The notes beneath the pieces were generated by a model. The model saw only the letters and a program-made list of their open reading frames with translations. It had not been told where the DNA came from and ran no database searches. The translations under genes and the position numbers were made by a program. Below, piece after piece: positions 18,994 to 30,169 of a stretch of 64,000 nt of DNA. The stretch comes from Gammaproteobacteria bacterium. GTDB taxonomy: Bacteria > Pseudomonadota > Gammaproteobacteria > UBA4575. Numbering within the stretch: the first letter of the stretch is position 1; the number at the start of each line of letters is the position of its first letter. The stretch lies in the NCBI GenBank assembly GCA_965222615.1, contig CBDCUI010000008.1, forward strand, positions 480,001-544,000. The letters run 5' to 3'.

Positions 18994-19329
18994 GATGTTG
19001 GGTTTGTAATTATAAAGAAAATTTTTTAAGAGCATGAATCGCTACATGATGCTTGATTTGCGTGGAATACCAGGTTTCGTCCATATCTATTAATTAAGAA
19101 GTTATTTGTTACACGAAACCTATCATCTATAGGTGGAAGAGAATAGGAGCGCGCTTCGCGGCGCTTAATTTACGTGGAGTCTCTCCACGCGAGCAGCAGT
19201 TCATTATTTGAGAACGAGGTAATAGGTGTCACTTGCGTGACAACTTCTATTTGTGATGAGCTCCCTCACGTTAATATATTTGTGTGGCTGCACCACCCTT
19301 AATTTGCGCATAGTACCCATGCGCACGTG

Positions 19330-19416
19330 TGGTGCCGGGAGAGAGACTCGAACTCTCACTCTGTTGCCAGAACCGGATTTTGAATCCGGCGCGTCTACCA
19401 GTTCCGCCACCCCGGC
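19330..19416 (-). tRNA. tRNA-Leu(CAA)
   Basis: GCCGGGGTGGCGGAACTGGTAGACGCGCCGGATTCAAAATCCGG...GAGAGTTCGAGTCTCTCTCCCGGCACCA; long variable arm, anticodon CAA. Confidence 0.97.
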
Positions 19417-19503
19417 ATTTCAGTGACCATCGAATGTTGAAGTGTAGCGTAAATTGATATGCTAGCAACAATCAACTTCTAATAAAGAATATTTCCTTTT
19501 ACA

Positions 19504-20529
19504 GTGAATCTTGATCAATTCGATTACGAACTTCCAGCCGAGCTAATTGCACAATTTCCATTAACTGAAAGAGCGGCAAGTAGGCTATTGCACTTTGTTG
19601 CGGGTGGTACAGATTTTAATGATTTAAAGTTTATAGATTTACCTGACTTGTTGCGTGAAGGAGACTTACTAGTGTTTAACGATACTAAAGTCATTGCCGC
19701 ACGGTTATATGCTAAAAAAGAATCAGGCGGGAAAGTTGAACTGTTACTGGAGCGTATACTTGATGCGCACACCATGTTAGTACAGCTTAAAGCAAGTAAA
19801 ACTCCTCGGTCTGGGACTAGAATAATATTTGAAAATAGTGTCGGGGCTGAGGTGATTGATCGACATAATGAGTTTTTCGTAGTGCAATTAAAGGGTGGGA
19901 TAGAAGTCAAAAGTCTATTAGACGAATGTGGGCAAGTACCCTTGCCACCCTATATACAGCGGAGGTCAGAGCCTGAAGATTTTAATCGCTATCAAACAAT
20001 TTATGCTTTGCACAAAGGTGCTGTAGCGGCACCCACTGCAGGCCTACATTTTGATAATGCTATGTTTGACCAGCTACGACAGCAGGGTGTGGAGTTTGCT
20101 TTTATAACTTTGCATGTTGGCGCGGGAACCTTTCAACCTGTCAGGACAAACAAAATTGAAGAACATGTCATGCATGCAGAATATGTGAAGGTACCTCAAG
20201 TGGTTTGTGACCAGATAAATAAGTGTAAGCGTCGTGGAGGAAGGGTGATAGCAGTTGGAACCACAGTTGTTCGTGCATTAGAGTCCATGGTTTTAAAGAA
20301 AACCCTGAGTCCTTACGAAGGCGATACTAATTTATTTATTAATCCTGGTTTTGAGTTTAAGGTTATAGATGCCTTGCTTACGAATTTTCATCTACCAAAA
20401 TCTACTTTGCTTATGTTGGTAAGTGCGTTTGCTGGATACGAAACTATTATGTCGGCATATCAACACGCCGTTGCCCAACGTTATCGCTTTTATAGCTTCG
20501 GTGATGCTATGTTTATTGAGAAAAAATAG
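19504..20529 (+). CDS. queA: S-adenosylmethionine:tRNA ribosyltransferase-isomerase
   Basis: FDYELPAELIAQ, PLPPYI, AAPTAGLHF, LHVGAGTF, TNFHLPKSTL, YRFYSFGDAM. Confidence 0.99.
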   Translation: MNLDQFDYELPAELIAQFPLTERAASRLLHFVAGGTDFNDLKFIDLPDLLREGDLLVFNDTKVIAARLYAKKESGGKVELLLERILDAHTMLVQLKASKTPRSGTRIIFENSVGAEVIDRHNEFFVVQLKGGIEVKSLLDECGQVPLPPYIQRRSEPEDFNRYQTIYALHKGAVAAPTAGLHFDNAMFDQLRQQGVEFAFITLHVGAGTFQPVRTNKIEEHVMHAEYVKVPQVVCDQINKCKRRGGRVIAVGTTVVRALESMVLKKTLSPYEGDTNLFINPGFEFKVIDALLTNFHLPKSTLLMLVSAFAGYETIMSAYQHAVAQRYRFYSFGDAMFIEKK

Positions 20530-21779
<1,250 letters not shown>

Positions 21780-21843
21780 TCCAAGAACGTGAAGACTATG
21801 GCATAATACGCCGCTGCAATTTTTTAAGAAGCACTAACAGCCT

Positions 21844-22170
21844 ATGTTTTTAATATCAGATGCCATGGCAGAGACAGCGCCTGCGCCGGTAAATCCCGGT
21901 TATTCTATGTTTATCATGATCGGAATATTTTTTGCGATTATGTACTTTATGATTATTCGACCACAGCAAAAACGACAGAAGGAGCATCAAAAACTGATTA
22001 GTTCATTGTCAAAGGGTGATGAAGTGGTTACATCCGGAGGGATGTTAGGCAAAGTCCTAAAAGTGGGTGAAAACTCTATTAAAGTCGAAGTTGCCGAAGG
22101 GGTGGCGATTAAACTGCAAAAAAATTCTATTTCTTCTGTGTTGCCCAAAGGTTCCCTAAAGAATGACTAA
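21844..22170 (+). CDS. yajC: Preprotein translocase subunit YajC
   Basis: YFMIIRPQQKRQKEH, KGDEVVTSGG. Confidence 0.98.
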   Translation: MFLISDAMAETAPAPVNPGYSMFIMIGIFFAIMYFMIIRPQQKRQKEHQKLISSLSKGDEVVTSGGMLGKVLKVGENSIKVEVAEGVAIKLQKNSISSVLPKGSLKND

Positions 22171-22238
22171 GTTGCAAGACTAATTCGCTTAAATACATCT
22201 TACCAACGAATATTATTTAGGAAGGTCAGGCTAAAACC

Positions 22239-24107
22239 GTGGTCCCAATGAATCATTATCCATTGTGGAAGTATCTGCTAATTTTATTATTGATTGCAGT
22301 GGCGGCTTTGTATGCGATTCCTAACCTGTATCCAAATGATCCGGCTGTACAAATATCACATCAATCCGGTGAACTACCGGGAAACACACTGACGGTAATT
22401 CAGAATGCGTTAAAGAAAAAAAATATTGAAGTGAAAAATGAAGAGCAGCAGGACAATAAAATTTTGCTGCGTTACGCTAATGAAGAACAACAGCTGGTCG
22501 CCAAAGAAGAAATTAAAGAAGCTCTTGATGAACGCTACAATGTTGCCTTAAATCTTGCTCCTGCCACGCCTGGTTGGTTACGTTCCATCAATGCATCACC
22601 CATGAATCTAGGCTTAGATCTACGTGGTGGCGTACATTTTTTGCTACAAGTCGACATGGATGCGGCGATTGAGAAGGCACTTAATAATAATGTTTCTTCG
22701 TTTAGAACTACACTGCGTGATGCGAATATCCGGCGCACTTCGGTAAGAATTGAAGACAATAAATTGTGGGTGAAATTTAAAGATGCAGAAAGTCGTACTC
22801 AGGGTCTTGAGGTGTTACGCAAAGAATATGTTAATGAGTTGAATTTTAGTGAAGAAGATAATGGTGGTGATTATTTTGTAACGGCCAGTATCAGTGAAGA
22901 TGCGGTACGTGAGATACAAAGTCTGGCCATTCAGCAAAACATACAGACCTTACGTAACCGCGTGAATGAACTCGGTGTGGCCGAACCGGTGATTCAGCAA
23001 CAAGGCGCGGAACGAATCGTCGTGCAACTTCCAGGTGTGCAAGACACAGCGGCTGCTAAAGAAATATTAGGTGCAACGGCAACAGTCGAATTCCGTATGG
23101 TCTGTGAAACCGAAGATCCCTTTCGTGCTGCAGAAACCGGCCGTGTCCCAATAGGTTGTATATTGTATGAAGAACGCGAAAGTGGTAATCCGGTATTGCT
23201 AAAACGTGAAGTGATGCTAACCGGTGATCGCATTATCAACGCGAATTCAGGTTTTGATGAAAACGGCTTGCCTGCAGTGATTATCACATTAGATGGTAGG
23301 GGTGCGAGCCGCTTTGCCGAAGTAACGGCTGCAAACATCAATAAATTAATGGCCGTTGTATTTATCGATAACAAAACACAATTAGTAGAAAAAGATGGCA
23401 AGCAAGAAAGAACAACCATCAGAGATGAGAAAGTTATCAATCAGGCGGTGATACGTGACACCCTCAGTAAACGGTTTCAAATTGAAGGTTTAGATTCCAC
23501 CCATGAGGCGTTGAAATTATCACTGCTATTGCGTGCCGGTGCCTTAGCGGCACCGGTGGAAATTGTTGAAGAACGCACGGTGGGCCCCAGTCTGGGGAAA
23601 CAAAATATTGAGCTGGGTAAAAAATCGATTCTGATTGGGTTGATCTTAGTGATGATCTTTATGGCCTTGTACTACAGGGTTTTTGGTATTGCAGCCAATT
23701 TTGCTTTACTAGCCAATTTGATTTTAATCATCGGTATTATGTCTTTGATACCGGGTGCAACTTTAACGCTTCCAGGTATTGCTGGGATTGTATTAACAGT
23801 AGGTATGGCAGTTGATGCCAATGTATTGATTTTTGAACGCATACGTGAAGAGTTGCGTAACGGCAATTCACCGCAAGCTAGTATTCATGCTGGCTATGCC
23901 AAGGCACTTTCCACTATTGCCGATGCCAATATCACCACTTTGATCGCAGCCGTTGTTTTATTTGTGTTTGGTACTGGGCCTATAAAAGGGTTTGCTGTGA
24001 CTTTGTCTATTGGTATCGTGTGTTCAATGTTCACCGCCATTATGGGAACACGTGCCTTAATCAATTTATTTTACGGTGGTAAAAAATCTCCAAAATTAGC
24101 GGTATAA
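22239..24107 (+). CDS. secD: Protein translocase subunit SecD
   Basis: LGLDLRGG, RNRVNELGVAEP, GMAVDANVLIFERIREE. Confidence 0.99.
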   Translation: MVPMNHYPLWKYLLILLLIAVAALYAIPNLYPNDPAVQISHQSGELPGNTLTVIQNALKKKNIEVKNEEQQDNKILLRYANEEQQLVAKEEIKEALDERYNVALNLAPATPGWLRSINASPMNLGLDLRGGVHFLLQVDMDAAIEKALNNNVSSFRTTLRDANIRRTSVRIEDNKLWVKFKDAESRTQGLEVLRKEYVNELNFSEEDNGGDYFVTASISEDAVREIQSLAIQQNIQTLRNRVNELGVAEPVIQQQGAERIVVQLPGVQDTAAAKEILGATATVEFRMVCETEDPFRAAETGRVPIGCILYEERESGNPVLLKREVMLTGDRIINANSGFDENGLPAVIITLDGRGASRFAEVTAANINKLMAVVFIDNKTQLVEKDGKQERTTIRDEKVINQAVIRDTLSKRFQIEGLDSTHEALKLSLLLRAGALAAPVEIVEERTVGPSLGKQNIELGKKSILIGLILVMIFMALYYRVFGIAANFALLANLILIIGIMSLIPGATLTLPGIAGIVLTVGMAVDANVLIFERIREELRNGNSPQASIHAGYAKALSTIADANITTLIAAVVLFVFGTGPIKGFAVTLSIGIVCSMFTAIMGTRALINLFYGGKKSPKLAV

Positions 24108-24127
24108 CAATATTCAGTATAACGACT

Positions 24128-25066
24128 ATGCAATTTCTAAAAGATAATTTAAAAATAGACTTCATGGGTAAGCGCAAAGTGGCTTTAGTACTTTCGCTTG
24201 CGCTGATTATTATTTCGATTGCGGCAATTGTCATACGTGGCTTAAATCTGGGTATCGACTTTACTGGTGGCACCTTGGTAGAAGTGGGTTATCCTGAATC
24301 CATAGAGCTTGAACCAGTGCGTGAAGCATTACGTGCAAGTGGTTATGAAGATGCTATTGTGCAGCACTTTGGTACCAGTAAAGATGTACTCATACGTTTA
24401 CCAGTAGTTGATGAAGACAAAGATAAAGCGGAGCTTAGCAATCGTGTGCTTGATGCGTTGGCACCCACCGGAAATCCGGAAATGCGCCGGGTTGAATTTG
24501 TTGGACCACAAGTCGGGGATGAATTGCGTGACAAAGGTGGACTAGCCATGCTGTATGCTCTAATTGGCATACTCATCTATGTGACATTACGATTCGAATG
24601 GAGGTTTTCACTAGGTTCAGTTGCCGCATTAATTCACGATGTGATTTTAGTGGTAGGTTTTTTTGCCATTACCCAAGTCGAATTTGATCTCACCGTATTA
24701 GCGGCTTTGCTCGCTGTAATTGGTTATTCCTTGAATGACACCATTGTAGTGTTTGATCGAATTCGTGAAAACTTTCGCCGCATACGTAAAGGCACTTCGG
24801 AAGCCATTTTAAATACTTCTATAAATCAAACGTTGTCTAGAACGTTAATAACCTCTCTTACTACTTTACTAGTCTTATTTGCGCTATTTCTATTTGGAGG
24901 CGAAGTGATTCATGCGTTCTCTATTGCTTTAATCGTAGGCGTCATTGTTGGAACCTATTCCTCCATATTCGTTGCGGGCTCGTCTTTATTAGCATTGAAT
25001 GTCAGTAAAGAAGACTTAATGCCGGTTGAAAAGGCAAACTTAAATGAAGACGGTAGTCAGGTTTAG
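24128..25066 (+). CDS. secF: Protein translocase subunit SecF
   Basis: GIDFTGG, GYSLNDTIVVFDRIRE, GTYSSIF. Confidence 0.99.
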   Translation: MQFLKDNLKIDFMGKRKVALVLSLALIIISIAAIVIRGLNLGIDFTGGTLVEVGYPESIELEPVREALRASGYEDAIVQHFGTSKDVLIRLPVVDEDKDKAELSNRVLDALAPTGNPEMRRVEFVGPQVGDELRDKGGLAMLYALIGILIYVTLRFEWRFSLGSVAALIHDVILVVGFFAITQVEFDLTVLAALLAVIGYSLNDTIVVFDRIRENFRRIRKGTSEAILNTSINQTLSRTLITSLTTLLVLFALFLFGGEVIHAFSIALIVGVIVGTYSSIFVAGSSLLALNVSKEDLMPVEKANLNEDGSQV

Positions 25067-25872
25067 GTATTATTACTAATTGCAATGTGAATCGAATTTA
25101 GCATTAAGCGAAATATTTTAGGGTTGGCGGCGACAATATCGCCAGTTTCTAAATGCATGGCACCGCCTTGTGGATCACCCACTAAACCCCCAGCTTCTTG
25201 TATGAGCAAACATCCAGCGGCAATGTCCCAGGTATGCAAACCAAATTCCCAAAAACCATCTAATCTTCCGGCGGCGACATAGGCAAGGTCCAGAGCCGCT
25301 GATCCTGCACGGCGAATTCCCGAGGTATGTAGCATAAGTTCACGCAAGCTCGCAAGATAGACATCGATATTTTGATTTTCTCGAAATGGAAATCCTGTGC
25401 CTAACAAGCTACCTGTATAGCTGCTTACTTTAGATACTCTTATCTTGCGGTCATTCAAGGTCGCACCATTTCCACGTCCAGCGCAATAAAGTTCATCTTT
25501 AAAGGGGTCATAGATTACTGCTACTTCTAAGCGCTGTTGATGACGTAATGCAATGGATACTGCATAGTGCGGAAACCCACGTAAAAAGTTTGTAGTACCA
25601 TCCAGTGGATCAATAATCCATTGGTATTCATCCCCTCCGCTATCACCAGAACTGTCACTAGCTCCACTTTCTTCCGCCAGAATACTATGACTTGGATAGG
25701 CTCGATGAATAATATTTATTATTTCTTGCTCTGCTAAGTGATCAACTTCACTTACAAAGTCATTTTTTTGTTTGGCTTGTATGTTGAGCGAATCAATTCG
25801 TTCAATGTTACGAAAGATTATTTTTCCTGCTTGGCGTGCGGCATTGATAGCGATCGTTAGTGTTGCTTGCAT
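25063..25872 (-). CDS. suhB: Inositol monophosphatase / Nus factor SuhB
   Basis: WIIDPLDGTTNF, RRAGSAALDLAYVAAGR, WDIAAG; divergent from trmJ. Confidence 0.97.
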   Translation of the reverse strand: MQATLTIAINAARQAGKIIFRNIERIDSLNIQAKQKNDFVSEVDHLAEQEIINIIHRAYPSHSILAEESGASDSSGDSGGDEYQWIIDPLDGTTNFLRGFPHYAVSIALRHQQRLEVAVIYDPFKDELYCAGRGNGATLNDRKIRVSKVSSYTGSLLGTGFPFRENQNIDVYLASLRELMLHTSGIRRAGSAALDLAYVAAGRLDGFWEFGLHTWDIAAGCLLIQEAGGLVGDPQGGAMHLETGDIVAANPKIFRLMLNSIHIAISNNT

Positions 25873-25975
25873 AGAATTGTTTGCTTATTAACATGCTTGT
25901 TATTTTGAACAGCATAGCATTGTCATGCGAAAATCCGTATACACTTCTCTTGTTGTGATACTAAAATTACATCCA

Positions 25976-26002
25976 TATCAGGATAAATCAGAGCTTCCTT
26001 AA
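25976..26002 (-). repeat. Solo end of the 29430-29564 element
   Basis: TATCAGGATAAATCAGAGCTTCC (25976-25998) is the exact reverse complement of 29433-29455, followed by TTAA. Confidence 0.8.
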
Positions 26003-26010
26003 GTCAGGCT

Positions 26011-26757
26011 ATGCGTACTTCAAACAAAATTTATATTGTGCTGGTTGAACCTTCGCATCCAGGTAATATCGGTGCGGCTGCACGTGCGGCTAAAACAATG
26101 GGGATCGAAAATATGCTATTGGTGAACCCAAAAAGCTTTCCAGATAAGCAAGCCACTATACGCGCAACCGGGGCTGTGGATGTTTTAGAACATGTGCAAG
26201 TTTTTGCTACTTTAAAAGAAGCGATAAGTGGCTGTACATTTGTAGTTGGAACCAGTTCGCGTCAGCGAGGTTTGCCTTGTCCACAAATTGCACCGAAAGA
26301 TTTAGGTGTAAAAGTTAGACAAGAGCTACAAAATGGAAGCGTAGCTATTGTTTTTGGTCGCGAAAGCAGTGGTTTGTCTAATCAGGAAATGGATCTGTGT
26401 CAGTATGCAACCACTATCCCTACTAGTTGGGAATTTGGTTCTTTAAATTTAGCTGCAGCGGTACAAGTGATTGCATATGAGATCTTTATGGCGACATTGA
26501 GTCAACCATCGAATGAGGCAGCTGCAGAACATGTGTTGGCGACGTCTGATGAGTTAGAACGCTTTTATGCACATCTTGAAGAAGTGCTCTTGAGCATCGA
26601 GTTTCTTGATCCCAAGCAACCCAAATTGTTAATGCGGCGCTTACGGCATCTATACAATCGTGCGCGCCCAACGCAAGTTGAAATTAACATTTTGCGAGGA
26701 GTACTGAGCTCAACCCAGAAAGTAGTTGATTCAGTCGATACCCAACAAGATGCTTGA
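26011..26757 (+). CDS. trmJ: tRNA (cytidine/uridine-2'-O)-methyltransferase
   Basis: HPGNIGAAARA.KTMG, FGRESSGLSN, SLNLAAAVQ; suhB-trmJ-iscR synteny. Confidence 0.95.
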   Translation: MRTSNKIYIVLVEPSHPGNIGAAARAAKTMGIENMLLVNPKSFPDKQATIRATGAVDVLEHVQVFATLKEAISGCTFVVGTSSRQRGLPCPQIAPKDLGVKVRQELQNGSVAIVFGRESSGLSNQEMDLCQYATTIPTSWEFGSLNLAAAVQVIAYEIFMATLSQPSNEAAAEHVLATSDELERFYAHLEEVLLSIEFLDPKQPKLLMRRLRHLYNRARPTQVEINILRGVLSSTQKVVDSVDTQQDA

Positions 26758-26842
26758 TTATTTCAAGTAATGGCATTTGATTTAGGTCCTGACCTAGTCC
26801 CTTACCAACGGGATAGTGTGACTTTATAGGCCTCTCCATATA

Positions 26843-26867
26843 ATACCTGATTAAAATACTAGGTTAT
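26843..26867 (+). promoter_or_regulatory. Probable IscR type-1 operator / iscR promoter
   Basis: ATACCTGATTAAAATACTAGGTTAT resembles the 25-bp IscR type-1 box. TATACT -10-like hexamer at 26872-26877, upstream of iscR. Confidence 0.65.
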
Positions 26868-26924
26868 TTGTTATACTGTATGCCTAGAATTGTGGATTAA
26901 TTTACAAATAAGGGGCGATTTGCA

Positions 26925-27383
26925 ATGAAACTCAGTACCAAAGGTCGGTATGCCGTGACGGCAATGTTTGATATCGCACTTCATCATAATGAAGGTCCAG
27001 TTTCCTTGTCAGAAATTTCTGAGCGACAAGGGATCTCGTTGTCATATTTAGAGCAGCTTTTCACGCGTTTGCGCGCGCAGGGTTTGGTAAAGAGCACCCG
27101 TGGACCTGGTGGTGGTTATACCTTGGCAATGGATTCAAAACAAATTGCAATTGCAGATGTGATTGATGCGGTGGATGAAAATGTAGATGCAACACGTTGT
27201 GGTGGTAATGCAAATTGTCAAAATCATGAGCGTTGTTTAACACACGATTTGTGGGAAAATTTGAGTGACCAAATACGTGATTACCTTACTAGTATCTCAC
27301 TTGCTCAGGCAGTGAGTGATTCCCAAGTGCGTGAAGTGTCAAATCGCCAAGATCATCGATTACACCAATTCGAAATGATGTAA
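26925..27383 (+). CDS. iscR: Fe-S cluster assembly regulator IscR
   Basis: [26 protein letters not shown], three Cys plus THDLW. Confidence 0.98.
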   Translation: MKLSTKGRYAVTAMFDIALHHNEGPVSLSEISERQGISLSYLEQLFTRLRAQGLVKSTRGPGGGYTLAMDSKQIAIADVIDAVDENVDATRCGGNANCQNHERCLTHDLWENLSDQIRDYLTSISLAQAVSDSQVREVSNRQDHRLHQFEMM

Positions 27384-27428
27384 AAAATTTTGCTCTACAT
27401 TACATGAGATACACGTAAGGAGTAAGCA

Positions 27429-28652
27429 GTGACAGATATTAAATTACCAATATATTTGGATTACAGCGCTACAACACCTGTAGACAAACGTGTTGCAGAT
27501 GCAATGATGACATGTTTGACACAAGAAGGTAATTTTGGAAATCCTGCATCACGTAGTCACCAATATGGATGGAGTGCAGAAAAGGCCGTTGAAGAAGCTC
27601 GCAAAAACGTTGCTGGTTTAATTAATGCAGATCCAAAAGAAATTATTTGGACCAGTGGCGCAACAGAATCAGATAATTTAGCGATTAAAGGTGCTGCACA
27701 TTTTTATAAAAAGAACGGCAAACATATTATTACTTGTAAGACTGAGCATAAAGCAGTACTCGATACCTGTCGTCAACTTGAACGTGAAGGATTTGAAGTA
27801 ACTTATTTAGAGCCACGCGAAAATGGTTTGATAAATATGGAGGATTTAAAAGCAGCAATTCGTGAAGACACCATCTTAATTTCTATTATGCATGTGAATA
27901 ATGAAATCGGTGTGATTCAGGATATTAATTCCATCGGTAAGATAGCTCGCGAACATAAAATTATTTTTCATGTTGATGCCGCACAAAGTCCAGGCAAAGT
28001 GCCTGTAGATGTAGAAGACATGAATGTGGATTTAATGAGTTTGTCTGCTCACAAAGTGTATGGACCTAAAGGAATTGGCGCCTTGTATGTACGCAGGAAA
28101 CCGCGCGTGAGAATCGAAGCACAAATACACGGTGGTGGTCACGAACGTGGTATGCGTTCTGGCACCTTGCCCACACACCAAATTGTCGGTATGGGTGAGG
28201 CATTTCGTATTGCCAAACAAGAAATGGCAGCGGATAACGAGCGTATATTGATGCTTAGGAATAGATTGTTGAATGGGCTCAAAGATATTGAAGAAATTTA
28301 TGTTAATGGTGATTTGGAACAACGAATTCCTGGCAATCTCAATGTCAGTTTTAATTTTGTTGAGGGCGAGAGCTTAATTATGGCACTTAAGGATATTGCG
28401 GTGTCATCTGGTTCTGCATGTACAAGCGCCTCGCTTGAACCCAGTTATGTATTACGTGCTTTGGGCCGTGATGATGAGCTCGCGCATAGTTCAATTCGTT
28501 TTACGATTGGAAGATTTACTACAGTTGATGAAGTTGACTATGCAATAGACCTTATTAAGAAGGCAGTTGTAAAGTTGCGTGATCTTTCCCCTTTATGGGA
28601 AATGCATAAGGAAGGTATAGATCTTAAAACTGTAGAGTGGGCAGCCCATTAA
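27429..28652 (+). CDS. iscS: Cysteine desulfurase
   Basis: [33 protein letters not shown]-terminus. Confidence 0.99.
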   Translation: MTDIKLPIYLDYSATTPVDKRVADAMMTCLTQEGNFGNPASRSHQYGWSAEKAVEEARKNVAGLINADPKEIIWTSGATESDNLAIKGAAHFYKKNGKHIITCKTEHKAVLDTCRQLEREGFEVTYLEPRENGLINMEDLKAAIREDTILISIMHVNNEIGVIQDINSIGKIAREHKIIFHVDAAQSPGKVPVDVEDMNVDLMSLSAHKVYGPKGIGALYVRRKPRVRIEAQIHGGGHERGMRSGTLPTHQIVGMGEAFRIAKQEMAADNERILMLRNRLLNGLKDIEEIYVNGDLEQRIPGNLNVSFNFVEGESLIMALKDIAVSSGSACTSASLEPSYVLRALGRDDELAHSSIRFTIGRFTTVDEVDYAIDLIKKAVVKLRDLSPLWEMHKEGIDLKTVEWAAH

Positions 28653-28686
28653 AAGAAAAGCTTTTTAATTTAAGGAGACGATAACC

Positions 28687-29091
28687 ATGGCTTATAGTGA
28701 TAAAGTACTAGACCATTACGAAAATCCTCGTAATGTTGGATCACTTGATAAAGAAGACACAAATGTTGGTACTGGGATGGTAGGTGCACCAGCTTGTGGT
28801 GATGTGATGAAATTACAGATCAAGGTTGATGAGAATGGCGTAATTGAAGATGCCAAATTTAAAACCTATGGCTGTGGTTCAGCTATCGCATCTTCTAGCC
28901 TATTAACCGAATGGGTCAAAGGTAAAACTCTTGAACAAGCAAGTGAAATTAAAAATACCGATATTGCAGAAGAGTTAGCTCTGCCACCGGTTAAGATTCA
29001 TTGTTCTGTGTTGGCCGAAGATGCCATTAAGGCTGCCATTAGTGACCTTAAGTCCAAAGCTGAAGGTAGTGATCAAAAGAAGATTGCTTAA
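28687..29091 (+). CDS. iscU: Fe-S scaffold IscU
   Basis: [23 protein letters not shown]. Confidence 0.99.
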   Translation: MAYSDKVLDHYENPRNVGSLDKEDTNVGTGMVGAPACGDVMKLQIKVDENGVIEDAKFKTYGCGSAIASSSLLTEWVKGKTLEQASEIKNTDIAEELALPPVKIHCSVLAEDAIKAAISDLKSKAEGSDQKKIA

Positions 29092-29108
29092 GGATAAGAA
29101 AGCAAGTC

Positions 29109-29432
29109 GTGTCGATTACCCTAACAGATAGTGCCGCAGAGCACGTAAAGTCTTACCTTGAAAAACGAGGTAAAGGAGTTGGTGTGCGTGTGGGAATTAA
29201 AACTACTGGCTGTTCTGGCATGGCTTATACCATCGAGTTTGCGGATCAAGTCGAAGAAGAGGATCATGTTTTTGAAAACAAAGGCGTTAAGGTTATCGTC
29301 AGCCCAAAAAGCATGGTGTATTTGTCAGGCACGGAGTTAGATTACGCAAAAGAAGGCTTAAACGAAGGGTTTAAATTTAATAATCCAAACGAAAAAGATA
29401 GATGCGGGTGTGGCGAGAGCTTCAGCGTATAG
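29109..29432 (+). CDS. iscA: Fe-S assembly protein IscA
   Basis: GCSGMAY, CGCGESF. Confidence 0.98.
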   Translation: MSITLTDSAAEHVKSYLEKRGKGVGVRVGIKTTGCSGMAYTIEFADQVEEEDHVFENKGVKVIVSPKSMVYLSGTELDYAKEGLNEGFKFNNPNEKDRCGCGESFSV

Positions 29433-29564
29433 GGAAGCTCTGATTTATCCTGATACGTTGTTAAAAAATGTCTCAAAATGCTCATGTATTGTCATATACA
29501 CTCCGCTTTCTCGACATTTTTTGCCTCGTCTCAGCCATTCCATTAATAAATCAGAGCCTCCCTA
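29430..29564. repeat. 135-bp palindromic MITE-like element overlapping the iscA stop
   Basis: IR TAGGGAAGCTCTGATTTA / TAAATCAGAGCCTCCCTA (17/18). Core AAAATGCTCA-TGTAT-N6-ATACA-CTCCGCTTTCTCG. Confidence 0.88.
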
Positions 29565-29620
29565 GATGCAAATCTCGCTATTTTTAAAAACCATATATAA
29601 CCCTTAAAATTTAAATACCG

Positions 29621-30163
29621 ATGGATATTGATCTTACTCGGAACTATTTCGAGTTGTTTGGGTTTGCGGAAGGCTTTGAAATTGACCAAGATGAATTGGC
29701 AAGTAGATATCACACCTTCCAAACGATCTTGCATCCAGATCGGTTTGCTAATGCTAGCGATCAAGAACGGCGTATTTCGGTGCAAAGTACTGCATTTGTA
29801 AATGAGGCCTATGCTACGTTGAAAAGTAATTTAAAGCGGGCACATTATTTACTAAAATTAAAAGATATTGATTTTGATGCAGAAACAGAAACTTCCAATG
29901 ATGTTGAATTTCTTAATCAACAAATGGAATTGCATGAACGAGTAGAGAAACTAGATAGTTTAAAAGATCCTTTGCAGGCCTTGGGTGAGCTATCAAAAGA
30001 GTTTAAACAGCAACAGGAAAAATTAATTTCTCAATTCGCAACTCAGTATGCGATGAATAGTTTTAGCGAAGCTAAAAATTCTGCTTTGAAGTTACAGTTT
30101 TATGAGCGACTAACGAATCAAATCCAAAAAAAGCAAGAAAAATTTGAAGAAAAGCTTTTATAG
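29621..30163 (+). CDS. hscB: Co-chaperone HscB
   Basis: NYFELFG, J-domain HPD, NEAYATLK..RAHYLL. Confidence 0.97.
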   Translation: MDIDLTRNYFELFGFAEGFEIDQDELASRYHTFQTILHPDRFANASDQERRISVQSTAFVNEAYATLKSNLKRAHYLLKLKDIDFDAETETSNDVEFLNQQMELHERVEKLDSLKDPLQALGELSKEFKQQQEKLISQFATQYAMNSFSEAKNSALKLQFYERLTNQIQKKQEKFEEKLL

Positions 30164-30169
30164 CAACTC

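Noticed and set aside
19204-19471. Two short minus-strand ORFs (68 and 66 aa)
   Set aside because: They overlap tRNA-Leu; MAELVDAPDSKSG is a typical tRNA shadow translation.
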